A model generated the notes under the pieces. The model did not search any database. It was given only the letters and a program-made list of their open reading frames with translations, and was not told the origin of the DNA. A DNA stretch of 52,509 nt. It comes from an uncultured archaeon. Lineage in GTDB: Archaea; Asgardarchaeota; Lokiarchaeia; Sigyniarchaeales; SOKP01. A program made the position numbers and the translations under genes. The stretch covers positions 95,325 through 147,833 of the forward strand of contig CAYLZE010000001.1 in the NCBI GenBank assembly GCA_964388035.1. Reading direction: 5' to 3'. Shown in pieces: positions 20,080-30,245 of the stretch; the first letter of the stretch is position 1, and every line of letters begins with the position of its first letter.

Positions 20080-21573
20080 TCAAATCTTTGATACACTCAG
20101 ATCTACGATTTGAAGTCCTAATAATTTTGCTCCTATTATGAATTCTTCCTTCCAATCTCCGATAAAAGAAACTCTATGCCATCCAAATGTTTCCCAATCA
20201 TAATTTTGCATTATCGTTTTTACATTACTCTTCACCAGCATTTTTGAGACACACCCTCCATCATTGATAATATTATCTATTATTTTTCCCGTGCGAAGTT
20301 CCATTTTCTTATTGAACATGCTTATTTTAATGGTAGTGACGGTCTCTCCGATGGGAAATTTCACGCGGGGACAAGCACCTATATAATGGGATTCGCCATG
20401 GTAAACGATGTCATAATCGCCCAATTGAGTGGTATCTCCAAAGTAATCTATGGGTGCCACACAGTGCATATAAGTGATAGTTCCATTGATCATATCGAAT
20501 GTATGGTTTGAAACATATCCTGGTCTCCCCGTGATGGTTAATCCATAAATGAAACTAATTAAAGAGTCCATATCGGATTCACACGTACCAAAGACTCCTT
20601 CCATGTAAAGTTGCATGAAGGCTAAGCAAGGATACGCAGGAATTTTGCCACTAAGGAGAAAGGAACCGCAATCTGGGCTAAAATATTTAATACCCTTGTC
20701 TTTCAATAGCTTTTTAAACGCTAAATATAATCTTGCGGAATTTATAACAGTATTTTCTGAAGGTTCGCTTTTCAGAGCATTCTTTACCCATATTTCTGCG
20801 ATTTTTTCAGCTTCTTTTTTATCTATTTCATCATAATAAGTTAAAATTTCATCAGGCTCTTCCTTAATCATCTCCATTCCAAACACTTGTTTAACGTTTT
20901 GCTTATAAAGCACCTCATTTCTTCTCCATTGATGCGCTTGGTCATTCCCTACTGTGTCGGTATAGAATTCAAACTCTTTATCCGTACTCTTGCTGATGAG
21001 TTCTTGTAGGACTTCAGGATGATTTTTCATTAAAATCTTTCTTTCGGGATTAAGTAATCCTAATACTCTATCCCAATTAATGGAATAATCATCACTTACA
21101 TAGACCAAAACCTTTTCTCCTTTCAGTTGCAATAGATTACACATTACTCCGATCGGTTTGTCAAACATTTCATTATTGAGGGATGAAATTAGTTGAAGTG
21201 GGTAATTTTTATCCTTAAGCAAAGCCATGATTTTGGTAAAAGTATGATCCCCGGCATAAATTAAATTGGCCAAAACAACGGGCTTTCCCATTTCTATGAG
21301 TTCCACTCCCGCCGTTATCAATCCGGGATCTCCATAATGACCTATCGTGAAGATTATCATGCCATCTGATTGTTTTATCCCACTTTTAATTTTGTTAACT
21401 TGATCCTTATTGTAAGTATAGATTAAGTCATTAGATATGAAATCAATTCCGGGAAATTTCTCCTTCACATGAGTCAATAATTTCTGAATAATTTCGTCAT
21501 TATCATGACCCAAATAAGGCCATCCTGCCTCCCATTGACTTTTTCCAATGAATATAACTTGAATTTTTACCAT
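20080..21573 (-). CDS. L-fucose/L-arabinose isomerase-like protein
   Basis: PCLA, CESD, HCVAP and GWHRV motifs typical of FucI-like C-terminal domains. Confidence 0.75.
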   Translation of the reverse strand: MVKIQVIFIGKSQWEAGWPYLGHDNDEIIQKLLTHVKEKFPGIDFISNDLIYTYNKDQVNKIKSGIKQSDGMIIFTIGHYGDPGLITAGVELIEMGKPVVLANLIYAGDHTFTKIMALLKDKNYPLQLISSLNNEMFDKPIGVMCNLLQLKGEKVLVYVSDDYSINWDRVLGLLNPERKILMKNHPEVLQELISKSTDKEFEFYTDTVGNDQAHQWRRNEVLYKQNVKQVFGMEMIKEEPDEILTYYDEIDKKEAEKIAEIWVKNALKSEPSENTVINSARLYLAFKKLLKDKGIKYFSPDCGSFLLSGKIPAYPCLAFMQLYMEGVFGTCESDMDSLISFIYGLTITGRPGYVSNHTFDMINGTITYMHCVAPIDYFGDTTQLGDYDIVYHGESHYIGACPRVKFPIGETVTTIKISMFNKKMELRTGKIIDNIINDGGCVSKMLVKSNVKTIMQNYDWETFGWHRVSFIGDWKEEFIIGAKLLGLQIVDLSVSKI

Positions 21574-21745
21574 TACATGTTACCTCTCTTTTCTACTAAT
21601 TTTAATTTTGATTCTAATGCATGTATATTTGAATTCTTTAAGTATAAAAGAATTTCTACATTTTTTCTCATAACATGGGGTATTCAGTTAAAGTATCGTA
21701 TCTTTTCCCAATTTTAGTATTCAGCAAAGAATATGATGATAAAAA

Positions 21746-22861
21746 ATGGTCGACATAAGGAACTCCCGCAGAACTGCAGTATTAATTGACCTTCAAGCAA
21801 TTAAATACAATTTACTCCAGATAAGGAAGAGGGTTGGAAATCACGTAAAAATATGTGCAGTGGTAAAAGCAGATGCGTACGGACACGGAGCTAAGGAAGT
21901 GTCAAGTTTTATTGAAGAAGAGAAATTAGCAGATTATTTCGCGGTAGCCACGGTCATTGAAGGCTTTGAATTAAGGAAAAATGGCATTAAATTGCCAATC
22001 CTAATATTGGGATTAATAATGCCCGATGAGACGTTAGACGCGATAAGGCAGGAGTTAACTATTACGGTAAGTGATGAGTCATTAGTGGACGTTATCGATG
22101 ATATTGCGGTTGCGTGGTGTAAGAAGGCAAAAGTTCATCTGAAAATCGATACGGGAATGGGAAGGATCGGCTGTCATCCTGAAAACGCCCTAGCTTTGGC
22201 CCAATACATCCATTCGAAATCAAATATCTTTTTTGAAGGGATTTTCTCGCACTTTTCAACTTCTGAAAGCAAGGATAAAACCTATTCGGATGAACAACTG
22301 AATTCTTTTTTATCATGCATTCGTGATATGGATAATAATAATATTCACGTGCCTCTTCTTCACATGGCAAACAGTGGAGCCATTTTAGATCTGCCCAATA
22401 CCTATTTTAATATGGTCCGAGCGGGAATCATGATTTATGGCGTATATCCTTCCGAGGATGTATCTCATTCCATCGCATTAAAGCCAGCCATGAGCATGAA
22501 ATCGGCAATCGTGTTCATTAAGAAATTGCCCAAGGGACATCCCATTTCTTATGGAAATACCTATAAAACGACAAAAGAAACTTATATTGCCACGATTCCT
22601 GCGGGATATGCTGATGGCATCCCAAGATCCCTCTCAAATAAGTATCGCGTGTATATTCAAGGAAATCTTTATCCCATTGCCGGTAGAGTGTGCATGGATC
22701 AATTTTTAGTGGAATTGGGTGACAAATTCTTTCCCATAGGAACGGAAGTGGAAATATTTGGAGGTAATGGCTTTTCCATTTCAGAATTGGCAGAACAGGC
22801 TCACACTATTCCTCATGAGATCATGATTCGCATGAAAAGACCGTTAAGATATTATTTATAA
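21746..22861 (+). CDS. alr: Alanine racemase (fold type III PLP)
   Basis: AVVKADAYGHG, HLKIDTGMGRIG, SHF, HMANSGA, ISYG, GYADG and GRVCMDQ motifs. Confidence 0.95.
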   Translation: MVDIRNSRRTAVLIDLQAIKYNLLQIRKRVGNHVKICAVVKADAYGHGAKEVSSFIEEEKLADYFAVATVIEGFELRKNGIKLPILILGLIMPDETLDAIRQELTITVSDESLVDVIDDIAVAWCKKAKVHLKIDTGMGRIGCHPENALALAQYIHSKSNIFFEGIFSHFSTSESKDKTYSDEQLNSFLSCIRDMDNNNIHVPLLHMANSGAILDLPNTYFNMVRAGIMIYGVYPSEDVSHSIALKPAMSMKSAIVFIKKLPKGHPISYGNTYKTTKETYIATIPAGYADGIPRSLSNKYRVYIQGNLYPIAGRVCMDQFLVELGDKFFPIGTEVEIFGGNGFSISELAEQAHTIPHEIMIRMKRPLRYYL

Positions 22862-23117
22862 TTTCATGGAATCTTTTTAAAAGGTAATTGATAAAGTTAA
22901 GAAAAAAAGAGGTTAGAGCGATCACGCTTTTGAGCTCTTCTTGTTTTTACAATTTTTTCGGGAGCAAGAACATTTACTTTTATTAACATTACAAGTGCAA
23001 TCAGAGTTAAAATTTTAAAAAGATATAAATAACATATCAAATTCCTTAACCCGTCACATTTAATATAAATTTTATATATATTATTGAGAATAGTAAAAAA
23101 TAGGGGACATTAAAAAA

Positions 23118-24509
23118 ATGGAAGTGGAAATAGAAGCAGACAATGTATCAAATCTTTCTATCGTGTCTTATGGGATGGCAGATTTCAATTTCGAAATTTT
23201 TAATGGAATCTATGGTGCTTTTTTCTTTATCTTTTGGGAAACTGAAATTGGTTTAAATGTATGGCTGGTTGCCTTAGCATATACGATTTATGCCATCTGG
23301 AACGCTGTGAACGACCCCCTAGTTGGTTATTTTGAAGATCGTCCTAATCGATTATGGAAGCGCTATGGAAAACGGTTTCCATTCGTATTAATCGGAGGTG
23401 TACCCGCATTACTTACCTTAGCCGCTATTTTTAGCCCACCTTACTTAGATCCGGTGAGTGGCGCTTGGATATATTTTGTCTGGATTTTGCTTTTTGCTTG
23501 TTCTTATGAATTCTTTTTTACTCTCATAGCATTAAGCCATTCCGCCCTATATCCCGATAAATTTCGAATGGATAATGAGAGACGTAAAGTGGGTGCCATT
23601 CAAATGGCACTAGGTCTCGGGGGAACAACAGTAGGATTCATACTTCCGCCATTTTTCATTACTTATGGAGATAGAGCTTCTTACATGAGCATGGCATGGA
23701 TCTTTGCATTGATCGGGGGCGTCATATTTCTTTCAATGCTTCCAGGTCATCGAGAATCTCAAAAAATGAAAGACCGTTATATCTTGGAGCAACAAAATCC
23801 TGAAAGATTATCTTTTATTCAAGCATTCAAAATTATTCTAAGTCGAAAGAATTTTATCGTAGTCTTATTGGTGCTTTTCATGGACGCCATCATCGGAGCG
23901 TCACTTACGGGGTCTATCCACTATGTCACAAAATATATTTTGGAAGAACCCGCAGAAATGGCAACCCTTGTTCTTGCGGGATTTATAATAGGAGCGTTAG
24001 GTTCCATCTGGCCGTGGCTGATCTTATCAAATAAAATGAAAAATCACCGGAGAATGCTAATTATAGGGGTCTTTTTAAATACGATATTCTTGTTACCTTT
24101 CATGTTCGCTCATACACTTATTGCTTTTGTGATATCAGCACTTTTACTTGGCATTGGTGGTGGGGCTCTGAGGGTCGGGAGGAATCCAGTTTTTGCGGAC
24201 ACGGTGGATGAAACAACATTAAAGTCGGGCCAACACGTGGAAGGGGCTTTTATGGGCGTATACACGTTCTTTATGCGGTTTGCGCTCATTGCACAAGGCT
24301 ACATATTCGCAATCGTGCATCAACTCACGGGATTTAATCCCGATGCGGAGCATCAAACAGAATTGGCAAAATTCGGGATCTTATTGCATACGGCTTTTAT
24401 ACCCATGATTCTTTGTCTCATCGGTTTAATTGTGTTTGTCTTGGTATATAATCTCACTCCTGAGAGAACAAAACAAATAAAAGAAGAATTAAAGCAAAAA
24501 AAATTATAA
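23118..24509 (+). CDS. MFS transporter, GPH family
   Basis: WNAVNDPLVG, YGKRFPF and ADTVDE...EG motifs; paralog of 14611-15993. Confidence 0.92.
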   Translation: MEVEIEADNVSNLSIVSYGMADFNFEIFNGIYGAFFFIFWETEIGLNVWLVALAYTIYAIWNAVNDPLVGYFEDRPNRLWKRYGKRFPFVLIGGVPALLTLAAIFSPPYLDPVSGAWIYFVWILLFACSYEFFFTLIALSHSALYPDKFRMDNERRKVGAIQMALGLGGTTVGFILPPFFITYGDRASYMSMAWIFALIGGVIFLSMLPGHRESQKMKDRYILEQQNPERLSFIQAFKIILSRKNFIVVLLVLFMDAIIGASLTGSIHYVTKYILEEPAEMATLVLAGFIIGALGSIWPWLILSNKMKNHRRMLIIGVFLNTIFLLPFMFAHTLIAFVISALLLGIGGGALRVGRNPVFADTVDETTLKSGQHVEGAFMGVYTFFMRFALIAQGYIFAIVHQLTGFNPDAEHQTELAKFGILLHTAFIPMILCLIGLIVFVLVYNLTPERTKQIKEELKQKKL

Positions 24510-24783
24510 GAAAATACAATCTTCATTTTTTCATTTTTTTTTAATATTTCATCCTTGCTACAACTTTTTTTATGATCATTAAATCGTTCATTAAAAATTA
24601 AGTATATTTCAATCGATTTTACTTTTTTTACAATCCTTGAGTTATGGGTTTTATCAAAATCTACATGAATAAAAAAAAGCTCTCAAATAAATCAAAATAA
24701 TATATCCTTACCCTTGGATACCCACTATGGAATTTTTTCTTAATAAAATAAAAAGATAAAATAATTTCTGATTGAAATATTTA

Positions 24784-25653
24784 TCAGTTAAAATGCCGTT
24801 GCTCCTTTCCTTGAAGATAATTTTTCATCAAATTTTCTAAATTCTTGGCAAATATCAATCTTTTTTCTTCAGCTGAGATCGGCAGAGCTAACACCTTTTC
24901 TATTTCTATTCGGGCATTTAAACTTGGCATGTCAGTACCGAAGAAAATTCTCTCAACACCAATGTCAGGATCTTTTATGGCTTCAACGAATTTATAAGTA
25001 TAAGGATTACCACACATCTCTAGATAAGAATTCGGACATTTTTTTGCAACCTCAAGAGCGTGGTTCACTTGCGGACATAAACCTGAATGTCCGATTATAA
25101 ATATGGATTCCTCATTCTTCTTTAAAATAGGAAGGATGTTAATAATATCGGAATGACTCCCCGTGTGGGAAAGGATGATAATGTGATTTTTTCCACAAAA
25201 TTCGAAAATCTTCATTAATTCCTCGAAATGAGTGGTGAATCTAAATTTCATGATGTCGGGATGGATCTTAATTCCACATACCTTTTTAATAACAAGTTCT
25301 TCTAAATCTCTTTCTAAGGTTTTAGAATTGGGATTAATGTAACCGAAACCTACCATTCTTTCGGGGCACATTTCATTCATTCTATAACTAAGCTTCCTAT
25401 CCATTTTAAATACGGGCAAACAGACGGCTTTATCGATATGATAATAATCCTGCATTAATCTAAAGAGGTGCACGTTTTTTTCTGTTCTATTTTTAGATAT
25501 GCTTTTAAATCTTTGCCAGTTTGAGAAAATTAAATCCATTATTTCAATAGTTGCCATGTTTTTAAACAAAAATCTAAGAGGGCGGGCTATCAAGTTAGAA
25601 AAATGACTATGCGCATCAAAAAGCACGTATTTCTCATCTTGATGGATTATCAT
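24784..25653 (-). CDS. Amidohydrolase_2-family metal-dependent hydrolase
   Basis: DAHSH, GIKIHP, SHTG, GHSG and FGTDMP motifs. Confidence 0.88.
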   Translation of the reverse strand: MIIHQDEKYVLFDAHSHFSNLIARPLRFLFKNMATIEIMDLIFSNWQRFKSISKNRTEKNVHLFRLMQDYYHIDKAVCLPVFKMDRKLSYRMNEMCPERMVGFGYINPNSKTLERDLEELVIKKVCGIKIHPDIMKFRFTTHFEELMKIFEFCGKNHIIILSHTGSHSDIINILPILKKNEESIFIIGHSGLCPQVNHALEVAKKCPNSYLEMCGNPYTYKFVEAIKDPDIGVERIFFGTDMPSLNARIEIEKVLALPISAEEKRLIFAKNLENLMKNYLQGKEQRHFN

Positions 25654-26435
25654 TAGGAAAACAACACCTCCGCATTGGAATTGAAAATAAATTTCTTATC
25701 CGTATCCGTAATATGATATAAACTGAACACTTTCACTATTTCGATGCTCGTCCCGCAATACGGATAATTACTCCCGAATAAAAGGCGTTGTGGTCCTATT
25801 TTCCAGATGACTTCTTCTAAAGGTGTAGTAGATGGAGCCATGGAAGTCTCCACATGAACATTTGGATACATTTTACAGGTTTTCCAAATTTTCAAATAAT
25901 CGGCGGAACCTCCTGCATGTCCCATTATGAAGGAAAATTCCGGAAAATAAGCAGGAAACTTGTTGAAAGTATCTTTCAATCCATTGGGTTGGAATCCTTT
26001 CTCTTCTAATAAAGGCCAATCGGTATGGATGTATATGGGAGTATTTTGACCCAAAGCGTCGGTTATCGCTCTAAAATAAGGTTTCAAAAAATTTTTGTTG
26101 AGCTCAAACCCTTGTTCGGGATGGATTTTAACTCCTTGTATCTTAATTTTCGTTTTTTGCTCTGACAATAATTTTTCATTCGCTTCTTTATCTTTAGAAA
26201 AATCTAGAAGTCCAAAGATAAAAGCCCTGTCTCCGTATTTTTCCTTAAAAGGTCTAATTTTTTCGATATAGGATTTAATGTCGTTAAAATCATTTTCAAT
26301 TACAGTGGGCATCAAGCAAAATTTTTTAATCTTAAATTTCGCCCTATCCTTTTCAAATTCTTCCATGTTCGAAACATGGCAATGAAAGTCAAATAGTTCG
26401 AAATCCGGTATATCTAAAAATAATTCTTTTTTCAT
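25653..26435 (-). CDS. Amidohydrolase_2-family protein (conserved Asp replaced by Asn)
   Basis: DFHCH, GVKIHP, IHTD, GHAG, FGSNYP; TAATG stop/start overlap with the next gene. Confidence 0.88.
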   Translation of the reverse strand: MKKELFLDIPDFELFDFHCHVSNMEEFEKDRAKFKIKKFCLMPTVIENDFNDIKSYIEKIRPFKEKYGDRAFIFGLLDFSKDKEANEKLLSEQKTKIKIQGVKIHPEQGFELNKNFLKPYFRAITDALGQNTPIYIHTDWPLLEEKGFQPNGLKDTFNKFPAYFPEFSFIMGHAGGSADYLKIWKTCKMYPNVHVETSMAPSTTPLEEVIWKIGPQRLLFGSNYPYCGTSIEIVKVFSLYHITDTDKKFIFNSNAEVLFS

Positions 26436-26730
26436 ATTTTAATTCCTTAATTATTTTGCTTATAAATAAAAATTAGGTAATTATTTTAAATTAAATTTTT
26501 CTCAGTTATCAAAAAAATGCAACAACGATTAAATCGGGACGGAAAGGGGGTTATTAAATTGATAATATTGTTTGGAAAGTTTGATTTTCCTTATATTCTT
26601 TATTTTATATCTCGAATCAAATTTAACAAAAATGTTTGTGCTCCTTGACGGAATCGAATTTTTTTATGTTTAACTTCCTATAGGACGTGGTTGGTTAAAC
26701 TTTTTTAAATATCAATACTATTTACATCTC

Positions 26731-27207
26731 ATGAAAGCATTAGTTGCATATTTTACAATGGGTGGACGTACTAAGAAAATGGCGGAAACCATCGCAGGTG
26801 AGCTCAAGAATTATGAAATTAATTATATTCCCATCGAACTTGAGGGAAAGTTTAGAGACAAGATGAAGGTGGTACAAATGTTCATGCGTGGTGATTTTAC
26901 CGCTATAGAAAATGAATTAAATCAACTTGGTACTCAAGATTACGATTTAATTATCATCGGAATGCCCACGCATGGTGGATTCCCGCCGAAAGCCTTTGAT
27001 GAGATTTTAAAAAGATTGGGAGATCCTAGTGGGAAAAAAGCGATCATGTTCTCAAAAGCGCGATTTTCAGGTGAAAAATCTAAAAATTACATGAAACAAA
27101 AAATGGAAGAAAAGGGCGCTAATGTAATAGCGGAAGCCGGGTTCCGGGGATTTTTTCGACTAAGCTCGAAAAGTGCGCTTAAATTCGTAAATCAAATTGA
27201 CTTGTGA
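26731..27207 (+). CDS. Flavodoxin-like protein
   Basis: AYFTMGGRTKKMA FMN-loop variant and YDLIIIGMPT. Confidence 0.85.
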   Translation: MKALVAYFTMGGRTKKMAETIAGELKNYEINYIPIELEGKFRDKMKVVQMFMRGDFTAIENELNQLGTQDYDLIIIGMPTHGGFPPKAFDEILKRLGDPSGKKAIMFSKARFSGEKSKNYMKQKMEEKGANVIAEAGFRGFFRLSSKSALKFVNQIDL

Positions 27208-27359
27208 ATTTTCCCGCCTGATTGTTGTCGAATCCTAATTAAATCTAAGTCTAATTTGACTCAATCTTAAATCAATTAAGATTTTTATTGCTCGAGGCAT
27301 GAAATTAATCGTATGATCATAACTCTTAAAATACCATACTATCAATCATTCTAAAAATT

Positions 27360-27890
27360 ATGGGAAAACCTAAAAAAACGGGAACTTATCCTCATTTTTG
27401 TTTAGTAATATTCGCTCAAGGAACTTGGTCTGAAAAGGAACGGGCTTCATTTCGTCTGAGTTTTATAAAAATGCGAGAAAAATTATCAGATAATGATTAT
27501 CCGTTCTTTACTAAGTTAGTTTACAGAGAAGAAAAACCATTTTATTCTGATTGTAGTCTATGTGGCATGATCCATGATCTACTCCAAGAAACGGTAGGTT
27601 CAAATGACCATCTTTTTTATCAAGGGCATCATCTCATCATTCTTGAAGATGATAGGGAAAATATGAAAGAATTGATTAACATCATTAAGAGCAATGATAA
27701 AATAAAAAAAATAATAATTTTATATCTCGATCCCCTCAAGGAGATAGACCGAAATACGATTAAGAAATGGAACTTAGAAGAATTGAAGAGGCTTCTTAAT
27801 CATCAAAAAGTCACCATATCAAGTTTCGAGAAAACCCTTGAGATGAACGATTTTAAATCACGAACCTTATACGAAATCTCTAAATTTTAA
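27360..27890 (+). CDS. Hypothetical protein
   Basis: 176-aa ORF with one CxxC; no family recognised. Confidence 0.7.
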   Translation: MGKPKKTGTYPHFCLVIFAQGTWSEKERASFRLSFIKMREKLSDNDYPFFTKLVYREEKPFYSDCSLCGMIHDLLQETVGSNDHLFYQGHHLIILEDDRENMKELINIIKSNDKIKKIIILYLDPLKEIDRNTIKKWNLEELKRLLNHQKVTISSFEKTLEMNDFKSRTLYEISKF

Positions 27891-27995
27891 TAGAAAATTA
27901 TGAAATGACTGCACAAGATTTTAATTAAAATCTCCTAAAGATAGTCTTATAGAAAGGTAGTAATGAATCAATTTGGTGTTTATTTCCCTCTTTTT

Positions 27996-28826
27996 CTATA
28001 AAAATTGCTTAATAAAGTTAATACTATTTCTTAATGCAGTTGAGCTGAATACTTCTATGATCAATGCTCCAGAATAATCATGAGATTTGATAATTTTAAA
28101 GATCTCTTCGAAATTAACCGTTCCTAATCCTAATTGAGGATGTTTATCGGTTTCCTTGTCATTATTCTCAACTACATGTACATTTTTAATTCTTTTGTGG
28201 AATTTGTCCCATAATAAATCGACATTCCCATCATTGGTCCAGAAATGCGATGTATCATATGTAAAAAATAAATCGTCACGATTTAACATTGAGAAAAACT
28301 CTTCAATCTCATTTACATTCAGGAATAAACCAGCATCTTTAGGCATGTTCTCAATGCATATGTTTACTCCTAAATCTTCCGCTGCATCCAATAATTTTAT
28401 GACTGCATTAATCAAGATGGTCGTGTTATGCTTTTTCAATGAGTCAATAGGGAGATCAACGGGACCGGGATGTATGGTCATGATTTTTGCGCCTATTTCC
28501 GCACAAACCCGTGCATTTTTAATGTATGATTCTACCGTCGCGTTGGAAATCCATGGATTAAAAGAACAGAGAGAAACATCTATAAAATTAGCGTGGATCT
28601 GTTTTTCAATTGAATATGTCCCGCACAATTCAATGAAATCCTTAATCCGTTCATCTTCTATTATATTTGGCGGATCTAATACAATTTCACATACTTTTAA
28701 ATTTTTTTTCTCACAATATTCTAAGGAAGACTCGGTAGCTTTTAATAATAAATCGTTTAAATCTGTAAATTTCTGCCTGACAGCATTATATACCAGATGA
28801 CCTAATGAACTAATTCCTAATTTCAT
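27996..28826 (-). CDS. Sugar-phosphate isomerase/epimerase (xylose isomerase-like TIM barrel)
   Basis: TIHPG, CIENM, YDTSH, NVHV, DKH.LG.G and LIIE motifs. Confidence 0.88.
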   Translation of the reverse strand: MKLGISSLGHLVYNAVRQKFTDLNDLLLKATESSLEYCEKKNLKVCEIVLDPPNIIEDERIKDFIELCGTYSIEKQIHANFIDVSLCSFNPWISNATVESYIKNARVCAEIGAKIMTIHPGPVDLPIDSLKKHNTTILINAVIKLLDAAEDLGVNICIENMPKDAGLFLNVNEIEEFFSMLNRDDLFFTYDTSHFWTNDGNVDLLWDKFHKRIKNVHVVENNDKETDKHPQLGLGTVNFEEIFKIIKSHDYSGALIIEVFSSTALRNSINFIKQFL

Positions 28827-29095
28827 GTTTAAATCTCTCGTTAATTTAAGTATAGCTAATTTTTATTTTGCTTTAATACATTTGTAATCTTTTTAACTAA
28901 GACAAAAATGAATTTCTTGATTTAATTTAGCCATGTATATTTCATATATTATTTTATTTACTGTGTAAGAATATTTTGAGACTGTTTCTCTAATCCTGTT
29001 CTTGATTTTTGACATTAGGGTTAAACATGCTAATGAAAATTAAACAAATTAAGGATTAATTAAATTTTAAATTATTTGATTAATATAATTCATGT

Positions 29096-30229
29096 ATGAA
29101 ACCATTACGATTGGCATTCTGTGGTTTTGGTCCTAATGCGAATGAACACCATCACGAGCTATTGAACGATGAAATCCTGAAAAATCGCACGAAATTAATC
29201 GCGGGTTTTGATCCTGATCCCCAGGTTCAAGAGCACTTCAAAAGATATAATGATGTAAAGATAGCTAACTCTTTAGAAGATCTTTTTAATACGGAAGGGC
29301 TTGAGGCAGTTATAATTAGCAGTCCGCCTCAATATCATGCAGAACAAGCAGTTGCCGCTTTAGAATCGGGACTTCATGTCTATTCGGAAGTTCCCATGGC
29401 ATTAAAGCCCGAGGATCTTGAAAAAATCATTGCAGCGGAAGATTCTTCTGGAAAGGTATATCAATTAGGGGAGAATTATTGCTTTTTTCCCGAGGTACTT
29501 TTTGCAGGTTATTTAACATCCTCAGGCAAATTAGGGTCAGTGGTTTACGCAGAAGCAGAATACTTACATGATGTTACTTATCGTTGGAGGGAGGGAAATA
29601 CTGGGGATGAAAATACCCCGAGAATCGATTCTTGGTATCAACTCTTTGATCCCATGATGTATGCGCATTCCATTGGACCTGCTCAAGTAGCCATGGGAGG
29701 GATTGAAAATCCTTTACCTTTTACAGAAGTAACGAGTTTTGCTAACGATAATGGGGGGCTTCAAGGAAAGCCAATATGTGCACCAGCAAAAGCTTTTCAA
29801 GTGGCTTTATTTCGAGCGGAAAATGAAGCAATAGCGAAATGTGCGAATGCCTATGTATTTGCCAGAGAACCCAACCGAATTTCCGTTCAAGTTTCTGGCG
29901 AGTTAGGAACTTATGAATGCTATCAAGTAGGTCAACCCGGAAGATTTTTTCTAGCAGATGGGCATAAAATCACGCGCAGCCGACATCGCAAGGGTAAGAC
30001 TACAAATATAGATAATGCAGAATTATCCAAGGTTATTCCGGAAATTAAAGGATTATACTTCGGTGGATTGACAAGAATAATGGATGATTGGTTAAATGCT
30101 ATAGATAAAAAAGCTATCTCAAAAATTAATGCTCGAATTGGAGCTAATTTCTGCGAAGCCGGGTTAGCTGCATCGCAATCTGCCCGTGATGGAGGAAAAC
30201 CCGTGAAAATTAAAACATTTACCAAGTAA
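29096..30229 (+). CDS. Gfo/Idh/MocA-family NAD(P)-dependent oxidoreductase
   Basis: N-terminal Rossmann (CGFG), SPPQYHA, GLHVYSEVPMA and EAEYLHD motifs. Confidence 0.9.
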   Translation: MKPLRLAFCGFGPNANEHHHELLNDEILKNRTKLIAGFDPDPQVQEHFKRYNDVKIANSLEDLFNTEGLEAVIISSPPQYHAEQAVAALESGLHVYSEVPMALKPEDLEKIIAAEDSSGKVYQLGENYCFFPEVLFAGYLTSSGKLGSVVYAEAEYLHDVTYRWREGNTGDENTPRIDSWYQLFDPMMYAHSIGPAQVAMGGIENPLPFTEVTSFANDNGGLQGKPICAPAKAFQVALFRAENEAIAKCANAYVFAREPNRISVQVSGELGTYECYQVGQPGRFFLADGHKITRSRHRKGKTTNIDNAELSKVIPEIKGLYFGGLTRIMDDWLNAIDKKAISKINARIGANFCEAGLAASQSARDGGKPVKIKTFTK

Positions 30230-30245
30230 TTTTTAATTTTTCTTC

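Noticed and set aside
22907-22939. Hairpin after alr
   Set aside because: Short stem with G-U pairs; may be a terminator but cannot be distinguished from chance.
28156-28800. 214-aa antisense ORF
   Set aside because: Lies wholly opposite a well-supported isomerase gene and has no motifs; a shadow ORF. The same applies to the antisense ORFs at 4817, 6684, 10423, 31938, 49087 and 51688.
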